Shown here: in pieces, positions 1 through 11,394 of the stretch
Numbering within the stretch: the stretch's first letter is position 1
How the letters are laid out: each line of letters starts with the position of its first letter
Assembly: GCA_963842525.1 (NCBI GenBank)
Contig: CAWJGT010000009.1
Coordinates: 1,792,001 to 1,856,000 of the forward strand
Source of the DNA: an uncultured Holophagales bacterium
Lineage (GTDB): Bacteria; Acidobacteriota; Thermoanaerobaculia; Multivoradales; UBA5704
Reading direction: 5' to 3'
Length of the DNA stretch: 64,000 nt
The notes under the pieces: model-generated
What the model saw: only the letters and a program-made list of their open reading frames with translations
Told to the model about the DNA's origin: nothing
The model's database searches: none
Translations under genes and position numbers: made by a program

Positions 1-1199
1 TGGACGCCCCGCTGCCGGCGGAGGCGCCGGCCGACCTCGCCTACACCAACCGGATGTTCGGGTTCCTCACCCGGCTGGCGAAGGTCCTGATCAACGTGGA
101 GTCGGTGGACGACGTGCTCGCCCGGGTGCTGGACATCGCCTTCGATGCGCTCCCGGTGGACCGCGGGTTCGTCCTGCTCTCGGATGCCGGTGGGGAGCTC
201 GTCTGCGAGCTCTCCCGCATCAAGGACCGGGTCGAGCTGCGGCCGGCGGAGGTCCCGGTCTCACGCACCATGCTGCGCGCGGTCATGCAGGAGCGGGTGG
301 CGCTGGTCACCTTCGACGCCCAGTCCGACCAGCGGCTCTCGGGCGGCGAGTCGATCCGCCTGCACCAGATCCGCGCCGCGATGTGCGCCCCGCTCTGGTC
401 GGGAGAGCGGATCATCGGCGTCATGCAGGTGGACTCGCCGTTCCAGGTGGGCGCCTTCACCGAGCGCGACCTCGACTTCCTGAGCACGCTGGCCAACTAC
501 GTGGCGGTGGCGGTCGAACGCATCCGCTATGCCCGGCAGGCCGAGCACGAGCGCCAGATGCGGTCGCAGCTCGAGAGGTACCACTCGCCGGCGGTCATCG
601 AGCAGGTCCTCCACGAGGGGGGCGACGGGTCGCGGCCGCGGCTCGCGCAGGCGACGGTCCTCTTCGCCGACCTAGTGGGGTTCACCTCCTTTCGCGAGAG
701 CTCGGGGCCTGAGGAGGTGGCGGAGCTGCTCGGCGCCTTCCTGAACCTGTCGGTCGAGGCGATCTTCCGCGCCGGCGGCACCCTGGACAAGTTCATCGGC
801 GACTGCGTGATGGCCTTCTTCGGCGCGCCGGTGCCGCAGGAGGATCATGCCCTGCGGGCCGCACGGGCGGCGGTCGAGATCCAGCGCGAGCTCAAGGCGT
901 GGAGCGCGGCGCGGGAGGCCCGTGGGCTGCCCGGTTTCGCCGCCAGGGTCGCCCTGAACAGCGGTCCGGTAGTGGTGGGGGACATCGGCAGCGCCCGCCG
1001 CGTCGACTACACGGTGCTGGGAAACACCGTGAACGTGGCCGCCCGCCTCGAAGCCCTCGTCGCCCGTCCCGGCGACGTCGTCCTCGGCCCCGAGACCTGG
1101 CGCCTCCTCGGCGGCCAGATCCCCGCCGAGCCCCTCGGCGAGCACCAGCTGAAGGGCCTCCAGCAGAAGATCATGGCGTACCGGGTGGCGGCGGGGTGA
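1..1199 (+). CDS. GAF-domain class III adenylate/guanylate cyclase, 5'-partial (frame open from window start)
   Basis: GAF segment (AAMCAPLWSGERIIGVMQVDS) followed by cyclase motifs VLFADLVGFT, LDKFIGDCVMAFFG, DYTVLGNTVNVAARLE; no in-frame stop upstream of ATG 54. Confidence 0.92.
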   Translation, partial: DAPLPAEAPADLAYTNRMFGFLTRLAKVLINVESVDDVLARVLDIAFDALPVDRGFVLLSDAGGELVCELSRIKDRVELRPAEVPVSRTMLRAVMQERVALVTFDAQSDQRLSGGESIRLHQIRAAMCAPLWSGERIIGVMQVDSPFQVGAFTERDLDFLSTLANYVAVAVERIRYARQAEHERQMRSQLERYHSPAVIEQVLHEGGDGSRPRLAQATVLFADLVGFTSFRESSGPEEVAELLGAFLNLSVEAIFRAGGTLDKFIGDCVMAFFGAPVPQEDHALRAARAAVEIQRELKAWSAAREARGLPGFAARVALNSGPVVVGDIGSARRVDYTVLGNTVNVAARLEALVARPGDVVLGPETWRLLGGQIPAEPLGEHQLKGLQQKIMAYRVAAG

Positions 1200-1211
1200 G
1201 AGAATAGCCGG

Positions 1212-2367
1212 ATGATTCAGGTCATCGAGGCCCTCCACTTCCGAAGCCTGCGGAAAATCCGCCAGGAGATCGATTCATTTCAGGTCCTCGTCGGACCCAA
1301 CGGCAGCGGCAAGTCCTCTTTTCTGGATGTGATCCGGATGATCGGAGATCTCCTTACGGACGGGCTTGCCCCCGCAATCCGCAAGCGGTCTCCGAACTTT
1401 TCGGATTTGGTATGGATGTCGGACCCGAAGGGCAGCTTCGAGGTCACGATAGAGCTCCAAGATGACAGAGATCGGCGAGCCAAGTACGAGATCACGATTG
1501 GTCCGGCCGAGAAAGGAGAGATCTCGATCCTGCACGAGGCGCTCTGGACTGCATCGCCTGGGGGAGGGTTGGGCCTGAAAGGTTGGAGAAAGATCATTGA
1601 AAAGGATCCGGAGTCAGGCATTGATCGGTTCTTCTCCGAGACTGACGATTGGACGAGCCCCTTCCGATTCGGCCCCCAAAGATCGGCCCTCTCCAATCTG
1701 CCAGAAGACGAAGATCTCTTCCCAGTGGCCACTTGGGTCAAGCGATTCCTCCGTGAAGGCGTGCACTTGCTGGCCCTCAACAGCGAGGTCATGAGGAGAC
1801 CCTCACCACCAGGCAGCCCGACCGAGTTCCAGCCCGACGGCTCGAATCTGCCATGGGCGATCGAGGAGCTTCGGACAACGAATGGGCCGGTCTTCCAGCG
1901 CTGGATTGACCACGTGCGAACGGCTCTTCCGGATATCGAAACCGTCGAAACGGTGGAGCGCGAGGAGGACCGGCACCGGTATCTCCGGATCATCTACAAG
2001 ACCGGTCTGCGGGCCCCCTCCTGGACCGTGTCTGACGGGACTCTTCGCCTGCTCGCCCTGACCCTGGTTGGATATCTGGAGAAGCTCCGGGCGCATCTAC
2101 CTGATTGAGGAGCCTGAGAACGGAATCCATCCGCAGGCCGTGGAGACGGTGTTTCAGTCGCTCTCGTCAGCCTATGGCAGCCAGATCCTCTGCGCGACCC
2201 ACTCGCCGGTCTTCTTGGCCATGGCCGAGCCCGAGCAGGTCCTCTGCTTTGCTCGCACGCCGGATGGCGCCACGGCCGTTGTGCGCGGGTCCGAGCATCC
2301 GAACCTGAAGGACTGGAAGCGCTCCACGGACCTCGGGACGCTCTTCGCCACGGGAATTCTCGGATGA
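1212..2367 (+). CDS. ABC/AAA_21-type ATPase, MAD3-like; split by one frameshift near 2085-2095
   Basis: Walker A GPNGSGKS and signature SDGTLRLLAL in ORF 1212..2108; Walker B IYLIEEPENGIHP and H-loop ATHSP in ORF 2068..2367. Confidence 0.85.
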
Positions 2368-3005
2368 GCGCGGGCGAGCCGCTCGACTTGGTCGTGCTCG
2401 TTCCGGGCAAGGATGACCGGGAGACCGTCGACGGATTGCTGTCCGTCCGTTCCGAGAGCCTCGGAATCCTGCGCATCCGCTACGAGATCCTGGTGCATCC
2501 GCGGCGAGATGCCGGCTGCTTCCACGAGGCCCCCGCCGTGCTTCAGCCGTTCCACCGGCGAGCCCGTCATGCGCTTGTCCTGTTCGATCGCGAAGGGTGC
2601 GGGCAGGAAAACCGCACGGCACAAGAGATTGCCGGGGATGTCCAGGGCCGGCTCGCCGAGGCAGGCTGGGGAGATCGCGCCGAGGCCGTCGTCATCGATC
2701 CGGAGCTGGAGGTCTGGATCTGGACTGATTCTCCTCGGATCGAGGGCGAGCTCGGGTGGAGCCATCGTGATCGACGGCTCCGGGACTGGCTCCAGGAGAA
2801 CGGATGGTGGGGCGAGGAGGAACGCAAGCCGGCCCGTCCCAAAGAGGCGTTCGAACGGGTGCTGCGGGAACTGCGCCTGCAGCGCTCCTCCTCGATCTAC
2901 GGCAGGCTTGCCAGGACGGTTGGGCTCCGCCGTTGCGAGGACCTCAGCTTCCGGAGATTCTGTGATCTGCTCCGGTCCTGGTTTCCCGCCGAGCCTCCGG
3001 CCTGA
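2364..3005 (+). CDS. ATPase partner protein, MAD4-like (TOPRIM/DUF4276-like)
   Basis: ATGA overlap with the ATPase; motifs DLVVLV..KDD, VHPRRDAGC, LVLFDREGCG, IDPELEVWIW, KPARPKEA, C.D.SFRRF resemble the MAD4 family (recognised, not searched). Confidence 0.65.
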   Translation: MSAGEPLDLVVLVPGKDDRETVDGLLSVRSESLGILRIRYEILVHPRRDAGCFHEAPAVLQPFHRRARHALVLFDREGCGQENRTAQEIAGDVQGRLAEAGWGDRAEAVVIDPELEVWIWTDSPRIEGELGWSHRDRRLRDWLQENGWWGEEERKPARPKEAFERVLRELRLQRSSSIYGRLARTVGLRRCEDLSFRRFCDLLRSWFPAEPPA

Positions 3006-3007
3006 TC

Positions 3008-3820
3008 CTACCGTGCCGTCGGGATCTGCAGCATCTGGCCGGGCTTCAGGCGGCTGGAGCGGACGCCGTTGGCGCTCTTGATCCTGGAGACGCTCGTGCC
3101 GTGGCGCTGGGCGATGCTCCAGAGGCTGTCACCGGACCGGACCTTGTATTTGCGGTTGGAGGCCTTGGCCACCGTGCCCCGGCTCGAACCGCCCGTGCCC
3201 TTGGCCGCGACCTGGACGCCGGAATCCACGCCGCGGCTGGCCAGGTAGCGCATGTAGGGCTGCGGGTAGAGCGTGACGTGGTAGTGCGGGGGATGGTTCT
3301 CGCGCGTGGCCTCCAGGACCCCTTTCCCCTCCAGGGCGAGCAGGTTCTTCTCCAGCCAGGCGCGGCAGGCCGGACGGCTGCTGCGGCGCAGGTCGACCGC
3401 CATGCCGGTGGGGTGGACCGAAAGCGGCGAGGCGTTGCGGGGTTGGCGCGTCGTGGGCCGGGTGAGGCTGGTCACCACCAGCCGCTCCCGGCAGGCGCTC
3501 TTGTACTGCTGCGCCAGGCGCTCGATGAAGGTCTTGACCTCGGACCGCGCATAGGGGAAGGAGACGTCGACCACCCGGAAATTGGAATTTCCCGTCACGC
3601 GGACAAGCAGGCCGCGGCTCGCGAACTCGCGGACCTCGCTGGAGGTGCGCAGGTAGGTGTAGTCGTGCTCCCGGGCCATCCGGTTCTGGCGGACCATCGA
3701 GACCTTCGAGCCGGCGAGGCTCTGGGCCTCGGGGGCCGGCACGGCGGCGAGAAGGAGCAGACCGGAGGCGACGGCGACGCGGGACAGGGGCCGGAGGCGG
3801 GAGGATCTCTCGAGCTTCAT
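3008..3820 (-). CDS. Secreted DUF5715-like peptidoglycan peptidase with C-terminal LysM
   Basis: Signal peptide; SVHPTGMAVDL and HYHV metal-ligand motifs; C-terminal YKVRSGDSLWSIAQRHG LysM. Confidence 0.85.
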   Translation of the reverse strand: MKLERSSRLRPLSRVAVASGLLLLAAVPAPEAQSLAGSKVSMVRQNRMAREHDYTYLRTSSEVREFASRGLLVRVTGNSNFRVVDVSFPYARSEVKTFIERLAQQYKSACRERLVVTSLTRPTTRQPRNASPLSVHPTGMAVDLRRSSRPACRAWLEKNLLALEGKGVLEATRENHPPHYHVTLYPQPYMRYLASRGVDSGVQVAAKGTGGSSRGTVAKASNRKYKVRSGDSLWSIAQRHGTSVSRIKSANGVRSSRLKPGQMLQIPTAR

Positions 3821-3961
3821 TCTTGCGACAACTCCGTCATCAGTGAAGGTCCGCTGGCGTAAGCGGCTCTCCCTGAGACAAAATGCAGAACAGAAAGTTC
3901 ATCCAAGCGTATTCAGGGTACCACAGACGCCGTGAATTCGTGCCCTGGTTTTTTCCGGGAT

Positions 3962-5119
3962 TTACGCCGGCGAAGACGTAGGCGCCACCTTGGCGGGCGC
4001 TGACGGCGTCGTCGTCCAGACCTCCGCCAGCGCCCGCTGGAAGTTGCCTCCCAGGATGAGCTCGATGTTCCGGTCGCTGTACCCTCGCCGGATCAGGCCT
4101 TCGGCGAGGTCGAAGATCCGCCGCGGGTGGCGGAGGCCGCGCACGACGTACCGCGGCCGGACCTGCCGGGTACGAGGATCGATCGCGTCCACGTCGGTGT
4201 CGCTTCCCACCCCGACGTGCTCGACGCCGACCAGGCGGATGACGTGGTCGAAGTGGTCGAGCACGTCGTTGAAGGACGCGGCCTTCCCCTGCTTCAGGAA
4301 CGCGGGGAGGACCGTGATGCCCATCACGCCGCCGCGCGCGGCCATCTTCTGGATCACCGCGTCGGACTTGCAGCGCGGGTGCGGCACCAGTGCGCGGCAG
4401 TTCGCGTGCGTGACCAGCACCGGCTTGCGGGAGGCGGCGATCGCCTGGAGCGTCGTCTGGTCCGAGCAGTGCGAGACGTCGACCACCATGCCGACCCGGT
4501 TCATGGCCTGGACGACCTTCACCCCGTACTCGGTCAGGCCGGTGTCGCGGAGCTCCTTGCAGCCGGCGCCGAGCCGGTTGCACTCGTTGTAGGTGAGCTG
4601 CGACACCCTCTGCCCCAGGCCATGGAAGAGCGCCACGTCGTCGACGCTCTGGAAGTGGTCGGAGTTCTGGAAGCCGATCAGGAGGCCGACCTTCCCCTCG
4701 TCGCGCGCCCGCTTCAGGTCGGCGGCGTTGTCGATGCGCACGAAGTAGCCGGGCTGGGCGCCGAGGAAGTGGTTCCAGCGCCAGGTCCAGCGGAGCGCCG
4801 CCTCGCGCGGCTTCTCCGCGTTGGGCTCGACGGCGGGGTGGTAGACACCGATGCCGGTGCTGCGCAGCTTCTGGAAGTCGGCCTGGGTGAAGCTGTCCGG
4901 CTGGCCCTGCCAGCGGTAGAGCTTCTGCCAGTCCAGGGTCAGCAGCCCGAGCATGTCGATCACCATGGAGCGGCCGACCAGCTCGAGGGCGCGGGCCGAG
5001 GTGTCGGGCCCCTGGTCCGCGAAGAGGCTGAACCGGCCGCGGTTGATCATCGGGGCGCACAGCACCCCCGCGCCGGCGAGCAGGCCCGTCCTGAGGAATT
5101 GCCTTCGGTTCAACTTCAA
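3962..5119 (-). CDS. Membrane dipeptidase (peptidase M19) with Tat signal
   Basis: NRRQFL twin-arginine signal; QLTYN, VDVSH, VTHAN, HPRCKSD, HVGVGSD, ILGGNF motifs. Confidence 0.9.
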   Translation of the reverse strand: MKLNRRQFLRTGLLAGAGVLCAPMINRGRFSLFADQGPDTSARALELVGRSMVIDMLGLLTLDWQKLYRWQGQPDSFTQADFQKLRSTGIGVYHPAVEPNAEKPREAALRWTWRWNHFLGAQPGYFVRIDNAADLKRARDEGKVGLLIGFQNSDHFQSVDDVALFHGLGQRVSQLTYNECNRLGAGCKELRDTGLTEYGVKVVQAMNRVGMVVDVSHCSDQTTLQAIAASRKPVLVTHANCRALVPHPRCKSDAVIQKMAARGGVMGITVLPAFLKQGKAASFNDVLDHFDHVIRLVGVEHVGVGSDTDVDAIDPRTRQVRPRYVVRGLRHPRRIFDLAEGLIRRGYSDRNIELILGGNFQRALAEVWTTTPSAPAKVAPTSSPA

Positions 5120-5228
5120 ATGTACATCCGCCGAATCAGTTGGCAGGATTCTACACGTCTCCCCGAGCCTCCGCTAGGGGGGAGCGAAAAAAAGCTGTTG
5201 TAATTTTTGGATAGAGAGGGGCGCGGAG

Positions 5229-5254
5229 GCCGGCCCACCGGGTGGTGGGCCGGC
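5229..5254 (-). terminator. GC-rich hairpin just downstream of the S1-domain gene
   Basis: gccggcccacc-gggt-ggtgggccggc inverted repeat right after the stop at 5257. Confidence 0.5.
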
Positions 5255-5256
5255 TG

Positions 5257-6541
5257 CTACTTGCGCTTCATGTTCTTGAAGAAGTCCGCCATCGAGCCGA
5301 AGCCGCTCGCGGGCGACGGCGCCGCCGAAGACGACGACGAAGAAGAAGAGGACGATGAGCCGCGGCCGCCGGAGTAGCTGCCGGCCATGGCCTCGTCGCG
5401 GTCGTCCTCCATGCCCACGCCCCGCGTGCCCATGGTCAGGGAGATGCGGCGCTTGGCCGAGTCGACCCCGAGCACCCGCACCCGCACGTCCTGGCCGAGC
5501 TGGGCCGCCTCGCGGGAATGGGTCAGGCGGCGGCCGGAGCCCATCTCGCTGATGTGGACCAGCCCTTCGATGCCGGGCGCGATCTCCACGAAGGCGCCGA
5601 ACGACTCCAGGCGCATGATCCGCCCGGACAGCTCGGTCCCTTCGGGGAAGCGATCGGCCACGTCTCTCCAGGGGTCGCGCTCCATGCTCTTGCGGGACAG
5701 CGAGATGCGCGGCCGCTTGTCATCCTTGCCCTTCTCGATCTTGATGACCTGGACCTCGACCTCCTGCCCGACCTGGAGCACCTCGTTCGGGTGCGCGAGC
5801 CGCGAGTGGCCGATCTCGCTGACGTGCAGCATGCCCTCGAGGCCGCCGAGGTCGACGAACGCGCCGTAGCTGGTCAGCGACGTGATCCGGCCGTTGAGGA
5901 TGGCCCCGACCTGGAGCCTCTCGCGGGTCTCGGCCGCCTTGGACTGGGCCTCCTCTTCGAGGAGCGCCCGGCGCGACAGCACGATGTTCGGACGGGTCCG
6001 GCCGGCCTCGATGCCGGCTGACCTTGAACGACAGCCGCTGGCCGATGAACTGCTGCGGGCTCTCGACGTAGCGCAGGTCGAGCTGCGAGAGGGGGCAGAA
6101 GGCCCGCATCCCGGAGACCTGCACCTCGGCGCCGCCCTTGTTGATGGCCGTCACCAGCCCCTCGACCGGGATGCCCGTCTCGAGGGCCTGGCGCAGCTCG
6201 TTGGAGACGTCCTGGCCGCGGGCGGCCTTGCGCCGCAGCACCAGGCTGCCGGTCTCAGGGTCGGTGCCGGTGACCGTGGCCTCGAGCTCGTCCCCGACAT
6301 TGACGGTGAGAGCGCCGGCCGCGTCCTTGAGCTGGGCGATGTCGATCACCCCTTCGGACTTGCCGCCGAGGTCGACGAAGGCCGTCGTCTCGCCGATCGA
6401 GAGGATGCGGCCCTTGACCTTCCCGCCCACCGCGGGCTCCGGCGCCGCGGTCTCGCTGCCCTTCTCCTCGCTGTCCTTCTCCTCGAACTCCGCCAGGATC
6501 TGGCCGAAGTCCTTGCCTTCCTCGATTTCCTGCTCCTTCAT
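5257..6541 (-). CDS. Ribosomal protein S1-like RNA-binding protein (about 4 S1 repeats); frameshift near 6010
   Basis: Repeated S1 motifs AFVDLGGKSEG, YGAFVDLGGLEGMLHVSE, FGAFVEIAPGIEGLVHISE across ORFs 5720..6541 and 5257..5982. Confidence 0.88.
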
Positions 6542-6735
6542 TCCTTGGCTCCTGCGTACCGTTCGTGTGCCCGACTGCCCGGCCCGCGCATTGTAAACCG
6601 ACCGAAGGTATCATGCCGAGGCGCAGAAGGTTTCAACCCGCGCGGGACCCGTTTCGATTCCCACCCGGCGAGATCGGGGCTCGGGAATGGCTTCCGCGTG
6701 GCGGCTCGTTCTGCTTCTCGACGTGAGGGGACTTC

Positions 6736-9508
6736 ATGAGATCAGGCATTTTGTACGCATTGGCGCTGCTGTTGTTTCCGTTCCTCGCCGGTTCCGCCGC
6801 CGCGCAGGCGGGGGAGGCCCACCTCGCCGACCTCCGGCAGCTCACCCGGGGCGGCGAGAACGCCGAGGCCTACTGGTCTCCCGACGGCAAGCAGCTCGTC
6901 TTCCAGTCGACCCGCCCGCCGTTCGCCTGCGACCAGATCCTGCGGATGCCGGCCGACGGCACGGGGCAGCCGGCCCGGGTCTCGACAGGCAAGGGGCGGA
7001 CCACCTGCTCCTATTTCACCGCGGACGGCGCGAGGATCCTCTACTCCTCGACCCACCACGCCCGCGAGGCCTGCCCGCCGCCGCCGGACCGCTCCCACGG
7101 CTACGTCTGGCCGATCGACCCGGACTATGAGATCTGGAGCGTGCGGCCGGACGGCTCGGACCCCGAGCGGCTGACGAACAACCGGGCCTACGACGCCGAG
7201 ATCCACGGTCTGCCCGCGGGGTGACCAGAAGGGTGCGGTCATCTTCACCTCGACCCGCGACGGCGACCTGGACCTCTACCGGATGGACGCCGACGGCTCG
7301 CACGTCCGGCGCCTGACGAGCACCCCCGGCTATGACGGCGGCGCCTTCTTCTCGCCGGACTGCCGGCAGATCGTCTGGCGGGCCTCCCGGCCGGCCGCGG
7401 GCGAGGAGCTGGACGACTACCGGCGCCTGCTCTCCCAGGGCCTGGTGCGGCCGACCCGGCTCGAGCTCTGGGTGGCGGACGCCGACGGCCGCAACGCCCG
7501 TCAGGTGACGAGCCTCGGCGCGGCCTCGTTCGCCCCCGCGTTCTTCCCCTCGGGCAAGAGGATCATCTTCTCCTCCAACCACAGCGACCCGAAGGGGCGC
7601 GAGTTCGACCTCTGGGCGATCGACACCGACGGCACGGACCTCGAACGCATCACCACGAGCCCGGGCTTCGACGGGTTCCCGATGTTCTCCCCGGACGGCA
7701 CCCGCCTCGCCTTCGCCTCCAACCGCAACCAGGGTGCGCCCGGAGAGACGAACGTCTTCGTGGCGCGCTGGGTGGACAGGAGGGAGGCCGAGCCCGGGGC
7801 CAGCGTCCCGGCGCGGGCACAGCGGTTCCTGGACGACGTGCGCTGGCTGGCCGATGACGCACGGGAGGGCCGGGGCATCGGCACCAAGGGGCTCGACGAG
7901 GCCCGGCGCTGGCTCGAAACCCGCTTCCGCGAGGTGGGGCTCGCGCCGGCGGGGGAGAACGGGACGTACTTCGAGAGCTTCGAGGTGCCGGTCGCCGTGG
8001 AGGTGCTGCCGGGCACGACCGTGACCGTCGACGGCCGGCCGGTGCCGCGCGACGCCTTCCAGCCGGCGAGCTTTTCGGGCGCCGGCGCCACCGGGACGGT
8101 CGACGGCGAGGTGGTGGCCGCCGGCTACGGCATCACCGCGGCCGACCTGGGGGTGGACGACTACAAGGGCCTCGACGTCCAGGGCAGGATCGTCGCCGTC
8201 CGTCGCTACACGCCCAAGGGCGCCCCGTTCGACAAGGAGGAGCTGGAGCGCCGCTACGGCGATCTGCGCTACAAGGCCTTCAACGCGCGCGAGCACGGAG
8301 CCAGCGGCCTGATCGTGGTCGACCTCCCGGCCGGGGAAGACCCTGGCTCCGAGCCGCCGCTGCCGGTGCCGGTCGTCGAGACCAGCATGGCGGCGTCCAC
8401 GGGTGACGTGGGCATCCCGGTGGTCGTCCTGACCCGCGCCGCCGGCGCCGGGCTGTTCGAAGGGGCGCAGGCCGGCCATCGGGCCGCGCTCGCCATCGAG
8501 CTGAAGTTCCGCCAGGAGCCGGCCGCGAACGTGATCGGCGTGCTGCGCGCCGGAGCGGCGGAGCGCCTGCCGGGCTCGGTCCTGGTCGGCGCCCACTACG
8601 ACCACATCGGCTACGGCGGAGGCGCCTCCATGGCGCCCGGCGTCCGCGAGGTCCACAACGGCGCGGACGACAACGCCTCCGGGACCGCCGCGCTGCTGGA
8701 GGCGGCTCGCCAGCTCGCGGCGCGGCGCTCCGAGCTGCGGCGGGACGTCTACTTCGTAGCCTTCTCCGCCGAGGAGTCGGGCGTCCTCGGCTCGACGGCC
8801 ATGACCCGCCGTCCGCCGCCCGGGTTCGCCATCGCCGACCTGGTGGCGATGCTCAACATGGACATGGTGGGGCGGCTGCGCGACGGCAAGCTCTCGGTCC
8901 TGGGGGGCGACACGTCCGAAGGCTGGCCCGACCTGGTCAATCCGGCCTGCAAGCGGGCGCAGCTCAACTGCACCCTGGGCGGCGACGGCTACGGCGCCTC
9001 GGACCAGACCCCGTTCTACGCCTCCGGCGTTCCGGTGCTCCATTTCTTCACCGGCACCCACGAGGACTACCACAAACCGTCGGACGACACCGGCAAGGTC
9101 AACGCCCAGGGAGGCGAGCAGGTGGCCGGCGTGGTCGCCGAGGTCGCGCTCGGGCTGGCCGGCCGGCCGGAGCGCCTGGCCTACAAGAGCGCGCCGGCAC
9201 CGGCGCCGCAGGGGGACATGCGCTCCTTCGGCGCCTCCCTGGGCACGGTCCCTGACTACGCAGGTGACGGCCGGCCCGGGGTGCTCCTGGCCGGCGTCCG
9301 CCCCGGCAGCCCGGCTGAGAAGGGCGGGCTGCAGCGCGGCGACCTCCTGGTCGAGCTCGCCGGCACGCCGGTCCGCGGCATCCACGACTTGATGTTCGTA
9401 CTGCGCAGCGCGAAACCGGGCCAGGCAGCGAAGGCGGTGGTCGACCGCGAGGGGCAGAAGGTCGAGCTCGACGTGACCTTTGAAGCCAGCAGCCGGGCCG
9501 TCCGGTGA
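6736..9508 (+). CDS. Secreted TolB-like PD40 beta-propeller fused to M28 peptidase with PA and PDZ domains; extra base near 7201
   Basis: PD40 repeats (WSPDG, FSPDG); GAHYDHIG, GADDNASG, FSAEESG, NMDMVGR, DYHKPSD; C-terminal PDZ. Removing one base near 7201 joins ORFs 6736..7224 and 7283..9508. Confidence 0.88.
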
Positions 9509-9529
9509 TTCTTTGAGGGAGCCTGTTCC

Positions 9530-11389
9530 ATGAAATCCACACTTACTGTCCTTGTTGTCCTTGCCGTCCTTTTCGTCCTTCCACCCGCGGCCACCGCAGC
9601 GCCTGCGGAGACCGACTACGCCGCCGCCTTCGAGAAATTCGCCTCCGAGCGCGGAGACGGCAGCGAGAGCGAGCGCCTGAAGAAGCTCTTTGATCTCGAC
9701 TGGGCCTACTCCCTCCAGGAGTCCAAGGAGATGGGGGTCTATCTCGGGCTGCCGGGCCGCTACCCCGACTGGTCGGACACCTCGTTCGCCGCCCAGGAGA
9801 AAGGCGAGGAGATCACCCGCAAGCTCCTCAAGGCGATCCGTTCGATCGACCGCTCGCAGCTCACCCCCTCCGAGCAGGTCCTCTACGACCTCTACCGCCG
9901 CCGCCTGCAGCGGTCGATCGAAGGCCTCCCGTTCCCCGCCGAATACATGATGGTCAACCAGATGGGCGGCCCGCAGCAGTGGATCCCCCAATTCCTTGCC
10001 ATCATGCCGGCGCGGACCGTCGAGCAGTACGAGGACATCGTCGCCCGGCTGCGCGGCCTGCCGCGGGTCATCGACGACACTATCGCGCTACCTCCAAAAG
10101 GGGCTCGAAATGGGCGTGACGCCGCCGCGCGTGACCCTGCGCGACGTGCCCGACCAGGTGAAAAACCTGATCGTCGACGATCCGCTGAAGAGCCCGATGC
10201 TCACCGCCTTCACCAAGCTCCCGGACAACATCGGCCCGGACGAGCGGGAGCGGCTGACCCGCGAGGCCGTGCGCGCCTACGACGAGCAGGCCGCACCGGC
10301 CTTCCGCAAGCTCCACCGCTTCCTGACCGAGACCTATATCCCGGGCGCCCGCGAGTCGATCGCCATGAGCGACCTGCCGGACGGCAAGGCCTGGTACGCC
10401 TTCAACGTGCGCGGGGAGCACCACCACCGACCTGACGCCGGAGCAGATCCACCAGATCGGCCTCTCCGAGGTGAAGCGCATCCGCGCGGAGATGGACAAG
10501 GTCATCGCCAGCACCGGCTTCAAGGGGAGCTTCGAGGAGTTCCTCACCTTCCTGCGCACCGATCCGCGGTTCTACTTCGACAAGCCGGAGGACCTCGCTC
10601 ACCGCCTACCGCGACATCGCCAAGCGGGTGGACCCGCAGCTCGTCAAGCTTTTCGGCCGGCTGCCGCGGCTGCCCTACGGCGTCGAGCCGGTCCCGTCCT
10701 ACGCCGAGAAGTCGCAGACCACCGCCTACTACGAGGACGGCAACTTCGCCGCGGGCCGGCCGGGGACTCTACCGGTCAACACCTACGACCTCAAGTCGCG
10801 GCCGAAGTGGGAGATGGAGGCCCTGACCCTGCACGAAGCCGTGCCGGGGCACCACCTCCAGATCTCCCTCGCCCAGGAGATCGAAGGCGTGCCTGAGTGG
10901 CGCAAGTACGACGGCTACGGCGTCTTCGTCGAGGGCTGGGCGCTCTACGCCGAGAGCCTGGGCGACGAGATGGGCTTCTACCAGGACCCCTATGCCAAGT
11001 TCGGCCAGCTCACCTACGAGATCTGGCGCGCCATCCGCCTGGTGGTCGACACCGGCATGCACACCATGGGCTGGACCCGCGAGCAGGCGATCGACTACTT
11101 CAGGGAAAACGCCGGCAAGACCGACCACGACATCATCGTCGAGGTCGACCGCTACATCGTCTGGCCCGGCCAGGCCCTCTCCTACAAGATCGGCGAGCTG
11201 AAGATCCAGGAGCTGCGAGCCCTGGCCGAGAAGGAGCTGGGCCCGAAGTTCGACCTGCGCGCCTTCCACGATGCGGTGCTGTTGAACGGCGCGCTGCCGC
11301 TCGACCTGCTGGAGAAGAACGTCAAGACCTGGCTCGCCGACAAGAAAGCGGAGATCGCGAAGGAGAAGGACGAGCGGGTGGGGTCGTAG
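9530..11389 (+). CDS. DUF885 family secreted metallopeptidase-like protein; three frameshifts (about 10087, 10415, 10598)
   Basis: Signal peptide; LHEAVPGHHLQ, FVEGWALYAE, RAIRLVVDTGMH, EVDRY..WPGQALSYKIG, FDLRAFHDAVL. Confidence 0.88.
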
Positions 11390-11394
11390 GCGGG

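Noticed and set aside
9541-9580. 9-bp tandem repeat (gtcctt...) as a contingency locus
   Set aside because: It is an imperfect, in-frame repeat encoding the hydrophobic VL-x signal peptide.
7016-9991. 991-aa minus-strand ORF and other long antisense or alternate-frame ORFs (e.g. 18631..20160, 18734..20383, 32401..33852)
   Set aside because: These are shadow ORFs of GC-rich genes, with no motifs and Arg/Pro/Gly-rich or antisense composition.
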